A stretch of 18,662 nt of DNA from an uncultured archaeon (GCA_964549075.1 CAZJUB010000051.1:1-18662), one strand, 5' to 3'. Shown: positions 9,166 through 16,784, counted from the stretch's first letter. Translations and numbers: made by a program. The notes: generated by a model not told the origin, from the sequence alone.

Positions 9166-9272
9166 CCAAAATTCGCGTTTCCATTTTTGCCCAATCATCT
9201 CATCCTGATAATAGCTATTAACTGCTACGGAGGATAGAGGAGAGTAAGCAGAAAACTCGAGGTATAAATAAA

Positions 9273-9407
9273 ATGGACCCAAGAGATAATAAGAAACCAA
9301 CCAAAGAAGAAGAAGAAGAAGAAGAAAATTGGTTTGATGAAGAGTGGGAAGACGAAGATTTCGATGAATTCGAAGAATACGATGACGACGATGAAGAATC
9401 CTACTAA
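9273..9407 (+). CDS. Unannotated 44-aa hyper-acidic micro-protein MDPRDNKKPTKEEEEEEENWFDEEWEDEDFDEFEEYDDDDEESY
   Basis: ATG 9273 to TAA 9405-9407, GAGGT RBS at 9259-9263, and an upstream TATA box. 26 of 44 residues are D/E, using mixed GAA/GAG/GAT/GAC codons, which points to protein-level rather than simple-repeat constraint. Confidence 0.7.
   Translation: MDPRDNKKPTKEEEEEEENWFDEEWEDEDFDEFEEYDDDDEESY
9306..9326 (+). repeat. (GAA)7 trinucleotide run encoding poly-Glu
   Basis: Seven tandem GAA codons in frame within the acidic micro-ORF. Confidence 0.85.
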
Positions 9408-9606
9408 CCAGAAGAGACTTAAAAGGACTGGAAGGCAAAGTTTGATTTGAGGAATTTTAATGGTGTTGAAGAAAAATGCTAGTTTGTAAAAAACTTCACA
9501 AGCCAAAAAAAAACAACTCAAATGACAGGTATAAAGGACTGAACTTCACTAGTTCGATAAATCCCAATTCAATCTTTGTTTTTTATTTTTCCAACTACTA
9601 AATAAG

Positions 9607-9942
9607 GTGAATGTTACGAATAATGAAACAGAACCAAAACGAAATCATCCAGATCAAAGGAAATCTCAACCAAATCCTTATGGCAAGAAAAGAGTAAATT
9701 ACCAGCACAAACAAGCATCTACTTCACAAAATAGAAATACACAAGCGAACAAGAAATTCGGAAGATACAATCAAAGCAATTCTAGACGAAAACCCGTATA
9801 TTTCCATGAAGCAGAATGTTCAAAATGCCATAAGCAGATTAAAGTTCCCTTTAAACCTGATGGAGTAAGACCTGTATATTGTAAGATATGCTTGAATGAA
9901 GTAAGAACTGCAGAACAAAATAATGAAAAATTTGCAGTCTAA
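9607..9942 (+). CDS. CxxC-x17-CxxC zinc-binding domain protein with a long low-complexity N/Q/R/K-rich N-terminus
   Basis: FHEAECSKC-HKQIKVPFKPDGVRPVY(17 aa)-CKIC, including the family-typical VPFKP...RPVYC. The start is uncertain: GTG 9607 is part of the AGGTGA RBS, and an in-frame ACG lies at 9616. Confidence 0.85.
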   Translation: MNVTNNETEPKRNHPDQRKSQPNPYGKKRVNYQHKQASTSQNRNTQANKKFGRYNQSNSRRKPVYFHEAECSKCHKQIKVPFKPDGVRPVYCKICLNEVRTAEQNNEKFAV

Positions 9943-10049
9943 TATTTTTCTTTTTTATAAACTCCTATTTATCCATTTTATTTATTAGCGATTTTCTTAA
10001 AGTCACTTTTTACACAAGAAATAAAAAGGAATTTTGTGTATTATAATGT

Positions 10050-10631
10050 GTGTCTGAAAAGCTTATTGAAAAGAAAGATGTTCCATGGTGGTTGAGCATC
10101 TATAATCTATTTGTAGGTTTGATATATATTACTATTTCAATGGTGATTCTTGCACTTTTGAATTTCAATATTCAAATTCTTTTAGATCTTTTAACACTTA
10201 TTTTAATCTTGATAGGAATCTCAAGGGTGCTAAATGGGATCTTTGCAAATGATCCAAGAATTTTTCTTAGAATTCTAAAGTTTATTTTAGGTGTTGGAAT
10301 CATTATCCTTAGTAGTTTCATTTTTCATATTAGAGATATAGATTATTCATTACAAATTACACTTTTGGCTGTGGGGATTCTTATAAACAGCACTTTGAGA
10401 ATAGTTGTAGGTTTCTTAGATAAAAGTGAAGCAAAATGGTATAGAATAGTGTTAATAATAATTGGTTCTATCACCTTGGTAATAAGTATATTATTCTTAA
10501 TATTTCCAGCTTGGTCAATGAAGGTTTATATAATTTTATTAACTGTAAGTTTCATCCTTAATGGTCTTGTAAAACTTAATTATGCGTTTAAAGCATTTGA
10601 AAAGAAGGAAAGAATCTTAATACTAAGGTAA
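10050..10631 (+). CDS. DUF308/HdeD-like membrane protein (about 6 TM, three helical-hairpin repeats)
   Basis: Three repeats of hydrophobic helix pairs ending LIGISRVLNG / LINSTLRIVVG / ILNGLVKL, which is typical of DUF308. Confidence 0.7.
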   Translation: MSEKLIEKKDVPWWLSIYNLFVGLIYITISMVILALLNFNIQILLDLLTLILILIGISRVLNGIFANDPRIFLRILKFILGVGIIILSSFIFHIRDIDYSLQITLLAVGILINSTLRIVVGFLDKSEAKWYRIVLIIIGSITLVISILFLIFPAWSMKVYIILLTVSFILNGLVKLNYAFKAFEKKERILILR

Positions 10632-10632
10632 G

Positions 10633-12114
10633 CTACGTTTTGCCATATTTCTTAGTTTTTCTTCTGTGCATAATTTTAGCTGAAGCTGTCATAACAGTAC
10701 CTACGGATTTTTCTATATTAACTCTAATAGGATAATTCAGTATTTTATTAATAGGTCTGAGAATTGTTCCTCCGATAATGGGTTCTTGGACTTTAATAAA
10801 GAGTAAACCTCCTCCTAATCTTAATACTGCGCTAATTATGAAGATAAGGACAATTATAATTGGAGGAGATGTTCCAAAATGCAACCACTCAAAATTGGTA
10901 AAAGTTGAATTTAGTAGTTGGTGAGCATATTCTTGTTCTTTTATGATGCTCTCAGGTATAGCTAAACCTCCTAAAATAGGAGCAATAAATAATGCAATTG
11001 AGTTTATAGCATTGTATATTGCAATTTGAAGCATTCTTCTCCTTGGGTGTATAACATCTAATGTAAGTGTCATCATACTTGGTGAGATTATTCCCCAGAT
11101 CATACCATTTACTACCCACATAATAATTAGCAAAATATAGATATTTGTTGTCGTTCCAACTAAAAAGGGGATTAGAAAAGCAATTGGGAAGAAAGAAGTG
11201 CAAAGCGTTCCTAAGATAAGCACTTCTTTGGTTCGGAGTTTTTCAATGAATTTTATGGTCAGAAAGGAGAAAAGTATCTGTGGGATAATACCTATGGAAC
11301 TTAATATGGCTGTCTCAAAGATTGATAAGTCATAAAATGATTTTGAAGTATTATAGACTATGTAGAAAGGTGCAGAAAAATTGACACCGAAAGTAAAAAC
11401 AAATGAAGCTACGGAAAGCCAAATAAAATTCCTATCAGTTTTCATCACTGCTAGAATATTATCCAGACTTACAGAAACCTCTTCTATCTGATGCCACTTT
11501 TTTTTCTTTTCCAATTCTGTTTTCTTAGGTACTGCAAAATGGAAAAAGATAGCTCCTAAAAAGCTGACAGCTCCAGAAAGCATGAATAAGGTCAGAAATC
11601 CAGATTGTGCTTCGAATTTTGAAAGTAAGAATCCTCCTAAGAGGACACCAATCAAAGTACCAACTAAAATAAAAACTTGGCTTAAACTGTTCCAAAAAGG
11701 CCAATCTTTAGTTTGTGTTCTCTCAGCTAAAATAGCTGCAGAGGTAGGAACTGAGGCAGAAGCTGTTAAACTCTGAATACCTCGAAGGGAGACAAAATAG
11801 CCAAGATTCTTAACAATAACAAGCAGAAAATTAAATATACTAGAAAGATAGTTGGAGAAAATTGCTATTATTCTTGAATTTTTAAGTTTATCAGCTAATC
11901 TAGCCCAGAATATTTGAACAATGCTCAGAAGGCTGGTTATTGAGACTATTAATCCAATTTGAGCAGGATTTGCTCCAATATAAACACCATATAGTGGTAA
12001 AAATGGTGATATTACGGAATCTGAGCTTGCTTTTAAACCTGTAGAAGAAAGCCAGAACCAAGGTTTTATGTTTGAAGCATGATCTTTATTACTCATTTCG
12101 CTTTCTCTCTTCAT
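10633..12114 (-). CDS. MFS transporter
   Basis: About 12 hydrophobic segments in two bundles. PFLPLY...GA...QIG, motif-A-like WARLADKL, a central hydrophilic loop, 'IHPRRR' and 'APILGG'. Alternative start at ATG 12096. Confidence 0.88.
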   Translation of the reverse strand: MKRESEMSNKDHASNIKPWFWLSSTGLKASSDSVISPFLPLYGVYIGANPAQIGLIVSITSLLSIVQIFWARLADKLKNSRIIAIFSNYLSSIFNFLLVIVKNLGYFVSLRGIQSLTASASVPTSAAILAERTQTKDWPFWNSLSQVFILVGTLIGVLLGGFLLSKFEAQSGFLTLFMLSGAVSFLGAIFFHFAVPKKTELEKKKKWHQIEEVSVSLDNILAVMKTDRNFIWLSVASFVFTFGVNFSAPFYIVYNTSKSFYDLSIFETAILSSIGIIPQILFSFLTIKFIEKLRTKEVLILGTLCTSFFPIAFLIPFLVGTTTNIYILLIIMWVVNGMIWGIISPSMMTLTLDVIHPRRRMLQIAIYNAINSIALFIAPILGGLAIPESIIKEQEYAHQLLNSTFTNFEWLHFGTSPPIIIVLIFIISAVLRLGGGLLFIKVQEPIIGGTILRPINKILNYPIRVNIEKSVGTVMTASAKIMHRRKTKKYGKT

Positions 12115-12232
12115 TACTAATTAATGAACTCTATGTTTATTGTTTATATGAAATGTTACTACTAGAAGCTATTAATAATAATTTCTCCTTAGAAATGAAC
12201 AAAGATAAAAAGAAAAATTTCTTAGATGTTTC

Positions 12233-13597
12233 TTACAGTTTTTTCACTCTTGATTTTATTGAAAACCTAATAATTAGGAATCCAGCAGTAGCTGAAATAA
12301 TTGATGCAGATAAGATAGCTATTTTTGCTACATTGAGAAAATCTACATTATCAAAAAATGCTAAACCAGCAATGAAATTTGACATTGTAAAACCTATTCC
12401 TCCAAGGAAACATATTCCTAGTATTTGTGTCCAACTGATATTTTTTGGAAAACTAAAGAATTTCGTTTTTGAGTAAAGGTAAGTAAATGTCATCATCCCT
12501 AAAGGTTTGCCAATAAGCAATCCAAAAAATACTCCTAGAAAAACATTTGTTGAGAAAGTGTTACCTACTATGGTGCCAAAAGCTATCCCAGAATTGGCTA
12601 GAGCGAATATAGGAACTATCAAAAAAACGACCCAGTTGATTAACTTGTGTTCGATTATTTCTAAAGGCGTTTGTATTTTCTTAAATCCTTCTTCAAGAGC
12701 TTTAATAGATGCAATATATCGTGTGTATTTAGCTACATCATCTTCATTAAGGTTGATCTCAGAAATTGCATTAAGTGTTTTTGAGCTAATCGCATGAAAT
12801 TCATCCATATCTATACTCTTAGTTGCAGGAATAGTTATAGCAAGTAATATACCTGTTAGTGTAGAATGTATTCCTGATTGGAAAACAAAAAACCAGAGTA
12901 ATATCCCTGGAATAATATAAACTATGTTTTTTCTTACTCCAATTTTATTGAAAAGATAAAGAAGTGCAAAAATCAAGACACTAACTACGAGAAAAATCCA
13001 CTTTATTTCTGTAGAATAAAAAATTGCTATAACTAAAATAGCACCAATATCATCAATTATTGCGATTGAAGTTAGAAGTAATCTCAATTTCTTAGGTATA
13101 TTATAAGTGAAAAGAGCTAATATTCCTATCGCAATTGCAATATCTGTAGACATAGAAATCCCCCATCCTGCAGCACCAGAACTCTTTGGTGGATTGAAAA
13201 TGAGATAAATAAGAGCTGGAAAAACCATACCTCCAAGAGATGCAAATATTGAAAGAGATGCTTCTTTTAAGTCTGAAAGACCTCCTACTATGATTTCTCT
13301 TTTAAGCTCTAATCCTATTAAGAAGAAAAATATAGCCATAAAGCCATCATTTATCCAATGAAGAATGGACTGATGAAAATCAAGATTTCCTATATTAAAA
13401 CCAATTTCAATATTCCAGAAATTAGTGTAAGTCTCTCCAAAAGGCATGTTGATCCAAATCAAACCAATAACTATACAGATGAGAAGTATTCTACTTCCCG
13501 AAGCTTCTTTTTGTATGAATTTTTGTAAAGGAGACATAATTTTTACAATAGGACGGTCTTTAAGAGTACTAAAGAGCTTCTTAGGAATTTCTGACAT
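12233..13597 (-). CDS. nhaA: Na+/H+ antiporter NhaA
   Basis: HWINDGFMAIFFFLIGLELKRE, ASLGGMVFPALIY, GWGISMSTDIA, AIIDDIGAILVIAIFY (catalytic Asp pair), SGIHSTLTG, PIFALANSG, GLLIGKPLG and LGGIGFTMS. Confidence 0.95.
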   Translation of the reverse strand: MSEIPKKLFSTLKDRPIVKIMSPLQKFIQKEASGSRILLICIVIGLIWINMPFGETYTNFWNIEIGFNIGNLDFHQSILHWINDGFMAIFFFLIGLELKREIIVGGLSDLKEASLSIFASLGGMVFPALIYLIFNPPKSSGAAGWGISMSTDIAIAIGILALFTYNIPKKLRLLLTSIAIIDDIGAILVIAIFYSTEIKWIFLVVSVLIFALLYLFNKIGVRKNIVYIIPGILLWFFVFQSGIHSTLTGILLAITIPATKSIDMDEFHAISSKTLNAISEINLNEDDVAKYTRYIASIKALEEGFKKIQTPLEIIEHKLINWVVFLIVPIFALANSGIAFGTIVGNTFSTNVFLGVFFGLLIGKPLGMMTFTYLYSKTKFFSFPKNISWTQILGICFLGGIGFTMSNFIAGLAFFDNVDFLNVAKIAILSASIISATAGFLIIRFSIKSRVKKL

Positions 13598-13701
13598 GAG
13601 TTTTTTTTTTCTGTTTTAATTCTTAAACTTATTTCATTAAATGATAATCACCAAAGAACCTACCTTAAATATAAAAAATAAAATACATAGTTTAATATGC
13701 T

Positions 13702-13895
13702 ATGCAGAAGAAAAACACTTCTAAAAGAGAAGATAATAATTACTTTCCAGTTGAATGTTCTGAATGCCATAAGACTTTTCAAATTCCAGTAAAACCTTAT
13801 GTTTTAATCCAATATCTTGTAAGAAGTGCTATAAGGAACTCAAATCTAAGAAATCATTGGATTTGAGCAGAATTTATTTGATAAAAAGGTCTTGA
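13702..13895 (+). pseudogene. Second CxxC-x17-CxxC gene interrupted by a 1-nt frameshift near 13801-13805
   Basis: Frame from ATG 13702 reads MQKKNTSKREDNNYFPVECSECHKTFQIPVKPY and stops at 13864-13866. The -1 frame from 13803 reads FNPISCKKCYKELKSKK... to TGA 13893-13895. Adding one base restores exactly 17 residues between the CxxC pairs. TATAAA at 13670-13675. Confidence 0.7.
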
Positions 13896-13938
13896 AATAA
13901 CATTTTTAAGTCGTGTATATTTTTTTTAATTGATTAAC

Positions 13939-14442
13939 ATGACTGATATACTAAATCTTCTAAAATCTCGAAGAAGCATAAGAAAATATAAAGATAAACC
14001 AGTGGAAGAGGAGAAAATTCAGAAATGTCTAGAAGCAGCTCAATGGGCTCCATCTGCATCTAATAAACAACCATGGGAGTTTCTCATCGTAAAAGATGAA
14101 GAAATTAGAGAGAAACTTGCAGAAATACATCCTTATGCTAAGTTTGTTACTCAAAGTCCAGTTGTTTTTATTCCGTTAACCAATCCAGATGTTCATGAAA
14201 AATATCACTGGTCGGATACTGCTTTAGCTACTTTACAATATATGCTAGAAGCTCATAGTCTAGGATTAGGAACATGTTGGGCAGGAGTAATCAATTCCTC
14301 TATAGAGCCAAAAATAAAAAAGTTTTTGGGAATACCTAAACATTTGCGTGTCTTAGGTTTGGTTGCTACAGGTTATGCAGCAGAGAGCCCTACTAGAACA
14401 AGAAAGGAGTTAGATACTTTAGTACATTATGAAAGATATTAG
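13939..14442 (+). CDS. Nitroreductase family protein (FMN-dependent)
   Basis: SRRSIRKY, AAQWAPSASNKQPWEF, AHSLGLGTCW, LGIP...GY and R..RK. ATG 13939 is preferred over TTG 13930, with a TTTTTAAG box about 28 nt upstream. Confidence 0.93.
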   Translation: MTDILNLLKSRRSIRKYKDKPVEEEKIQKCLEAAQWAPSASNKQPWEFLIVKDEEIREKLAEIHPYAKFVTQSPVVFIPLTNPDVHEKYHWSDTALATLQYMLEAHSLGLGTCWAGVINSSIEPKIKKFLGIPKHLRVLGLVATGYAAESPTRTRKELDTLVHYERY

Positions 14443-14491
14443 TATAGTTTATTCTCTCTATCTTTCTTCATCTTTCTCCTATCACCTATCT

Positions 14492-15655
14492 TCACTTTAT
14501 TAATTTGTCAATTTTCTCCATCAGAACAGGAAATTCTTGAAGTTCCCTGATTTGTTTAAAGAAAGTATTTTCAAGTAGATTTGATTTGAATCTTTCAGGA
14601 TTCTGAAGACCTAAATCTACAGCTTTGAACAAATGTTTTAATGCTTCCTCGTATCGTTCAGCCTGAATTAGTATTTGAGCCTTGATATTCATGTGCCTTG
14701 CTTCTGGTTCGATTTTATCGATTAAACGATTAATGAATAATAATCCTTCTTCGGGACGTTTGAGGTACAATCCCACATACCAAGCATTTTCCCAGAGATT
14801 ATGATTTTCATCAAAGCAACCTAATGCAGCAGTATAGTCACGTTCTTTTTCAAATCCCACTTTTTCAGCTGTCTTCCAGGATCCAATATTATGTTCACTA
14901 CAATGCCAACCAAGTTCTATTCCAGTCTTTTTACAATATTCAGCTGCAGCTGCAGTAACTAATGTAGCAAAACCTCTTCGCCTATACTTTTCATCTGTTC
15001 CTATACCCATTTCAGCTTGGTTTCCAGTAACCCAATCTGCAATACCCCAACTAACAATAATTTTTTCATTCTTTACAAGACAGAATGCAAATCCTCTGGA
15101 TAGGAAATCTTCAGTTGAACGCCAAGTAACATCAATCCATTCCTCTATTACATTAAAATTCTCTAGATGTTTTTTCTTTAGGAACTCTTTATCTACTCTC
15201 TGCATAGTATAGTCTGGCTGAATCTTTTCTCTCCAGTTAGGGATTTTTTCTTTTTGAAAAATATAATGATTTCTTCTCAGAGGGATTATGTCCTTTATCC
15301 CAAAATCTTGTTCTATGGTTTTAAGCCATTCTTCTCTCGGATAATAGATAATCCATTCCCCATTGTTATATTCAGGACTAAGCTTTAGGGCATGTTGTTC
15401 TGCAGCAAGGAAAATCTCTTCTCTAATAATTGAACTAACATCTGTATTAAACTGCTTATTACTTTGATCTCCAGTAATATAAATTGAACACTCATTATCA
15501 ACTATCATACCTGTTTTAGGATTATCTAAACTGTCAACCCAAATTCTTCCTGCATTATCTCCATTAATAACTGCTAAGCTATTAAGATTGAAGAAAATAT
15601 CCGCAAATAGATCCTTTACATTTTTGAAATCTTTTTTTGCTATTTCTAATATCAC
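14492..15655 (-). CDS. GNAT family N-acetyltransferase with a C-terminal TPR-like helical extension
   Basis: G+IWVD..NP N-domain, W.S.EDFL..GFAFC, acetyl-CoA motif EMGIGTDEKYRRRGFAT, and W.C...N.GS.KTAEKVGF. C-terminal 'AQILIQAERYEEALKHLFKAVDLG'. GGTG RBS before the GTG start. Confidence 0.85.
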   Translation of the reverse strand: MILEIAKKDFKNVKDLFADIFFNLNSLAVINGDNAGRIWVDSLDNPKTGMIVDNECSIYITGDQSNKQFNTDVSSIIREEIFLAAEQHALKLSPEYNNGEWIIYYPREEWLKTIEQDFGIKDIIPLRRNHYIFQKEKIPNWREKIQPDYTMQRVDKEFLKKKHLENFNVIEEWIDVTWRSTEDFLSRGFAFCLVKNEKIIVSWGIADWVTGNQAEMGIGTDEKYRRRGFATLVTAAAAEYCKKTGIELGWHCSEHNIGSWKTAEKVGFEKERDYTAALGCFDENHNLWENAWYVGLYLKRPEEGLLFINRLIDKIEPEARHMNIKAQILIQAERYEEALKHLFKAVDLGLQNPERFKSNLLENTFFKQIRELQEFPVLMEKIDKLIK

Positions 15656-15941
15656 TTTTTAACACCAATTTTAATTTCTACTTCCGTTAAATATTATAGA
15701 AACAGAAACAAATCTAGTTTTTTAAACAAAAGATAGTAATCAGATTTTAATAGATTTTCTTGTTATTTCATGTGAAAGTAACAGATAAAAATATCATAGT
15801 CGAAAATGATGACTACAATCTTTCATTCATCAAAGCTAGATTTATACGCCTGTTACCTACATACATTAACAAGAAGTTATATTCATCAACTAATTCTGAA
15901 ACTTAAAAATGTTAGTACATTGTACTATTAAATAATTAAAG

Positions 15942-15964
15942 AAGAGGAAATCAGAATTCCTCTT
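15942..15964 (-). terminator. Stem-loop downstream of the MBL gene
   Basis: AAGAGGAA (15942-15949) and TTCCTCTT (15957-15964) form a perfect 8-bp stem with a 7-nt loop, about 20 nt after the MBL stop. It is followed by T-rich sequence on the minus strand. Confidence 0.5.
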
Positions 15965-15985
15965 GAAAACTCAAAAAAGAAGCTT

Positions 15986-16762
15986 TTAGCATTTATATAA
16001 ATGCGATTCATAATACTTCAAATGAATTAGTTCGTATCCATAATTTGCTATCATATCTTCATATACTGCACAGAAAGCTTCATCTGCGCCATCAACAAAG
16101 TGTATAGGAGTGAAATAAGTAGGTTTTATGGTATCTAATGCATTAATTACATCTATACCTGTCATTGTTTGACATCCTGGTCCCAATGGTAATAATGCTA
16201 CATCGACTAATCCAGTAATTTCTGTGTATTCGACAATGTTCGCTGAATCACCTGCATGGAAGAAAGTTAAAGGTCCAACATCTATAATATAGCTGGTCCA
16301 ATTAGCTTCAGGAGGGTGGCTAGGTGTATAGCCTTCAGGTGCTTCAGTATACATGTAAAATGCTGTGATATTGATGCCCAAATGCACAAAGTTGTCTCCA
16401 GGATTAACTCCCATAGCACCGTAAGTTGCTATAGCTTCAGTCATATTCTCTGGACATACTATAAGAGTATCATCAGTTTTAAGGAAATTTATTATCGCAG
16501 GATCGTAATGATCCCCATGTGGATGAGTGATAAGAATGATATCAGCTGGATATTCATGATAAGAATAAGATATGTTGTAAGGATCGACATAAATTCTAAC
16601 ATTTTCAGTCTCTATCATAACTCCTGCATTATAAAGTAGAGTGAAATTAACTTCAGTTGACCTATTCAAAAATACCAAAGTTGTGGGCGTCACAATTGCA
16701 GCAGCACCTACAACACAACAAGAAATAATTATTGCTATTTTAGCTGTTTGAGTTAGTGCCAT
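15986..16762 (-). CDS. MBL-fold metallo-hydrolase (UlaG/UPF0173-like) with an N-terminal membrane anchor or signal
   Basis: IYVDPY, ADIILITHPHGDH (HxHxDH), SHP, FFHAGDS, DVALLP.G and PIHF. Hydrophobic N-terminus IAIIISCCVVGAAAIVTPTTLVFL. Confidence 0.9.
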   Translation of the reverse strand: MALTQTAKIAIIISCCVVGAAAIVTPTTLVFLNRSTEVNFTLLYNAGVMIETENVRIYVDPYNISYSYHEYPADIILITHPHGDHYDPAIINFLKTDDTLIVCPENMTEAIATYGAMGVNPGDNFVHLGINITAFYMYTEAPEGYTPSHPPEANWTSYIIDVGPLTFFHAGDSANIVEYTEITGLVDVALLPLGPGCQTMTGIDVINALDTIKPTYFTPIHFVDGADEAFCAVYEDMIANYGYELIHLKYYESHLYKC

Positions 16763-16784
16763 AGAAAATCAGAAAGTTAAAACC

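Noticed and set aside
9203-9262. Hammerhead-like (CTGATAA...GAAA) or c-di-AMP riboswitch-like (TACGGAGGA) fragments
   Set aside because: The core consensus is incomplete and the required helices are absent. Kept only as an unclassified structured leader.
9160-9521. Minus-strand ORFs 9160-9438 and 9225-9521 with poly-Leu/poly-Phe 'membrane' stretches
   Set aside because: They are antisense shadows of the GAA/GAT-rich acidic ORF, which has the RBS and promoter.
9535-9570. GTTCGAT resembling a tRNA T-loop
   Set aside because: No T-stem, acceptor stem or cloverleaf can be built around it.
9611-9697. 28-codon ATG ORF overlapping the start of the CxxC-x17-CxxC gene in another frame
   Set aside because: The ATG abuts the RBS with zero spacing, the product is unrecognisable, and the other frame carries the conserved domain.
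15760-15931. Two short plus-strand ORFs (about 41-48 codons) and an ATGATGA...CTGA C/D-box-like pair
   Set aside because: No RBS or recognisable protein motif. The box spacing (about 90 nt) is long for an archaeal C/D sRNA and no internal C'/D' boxes are evident.
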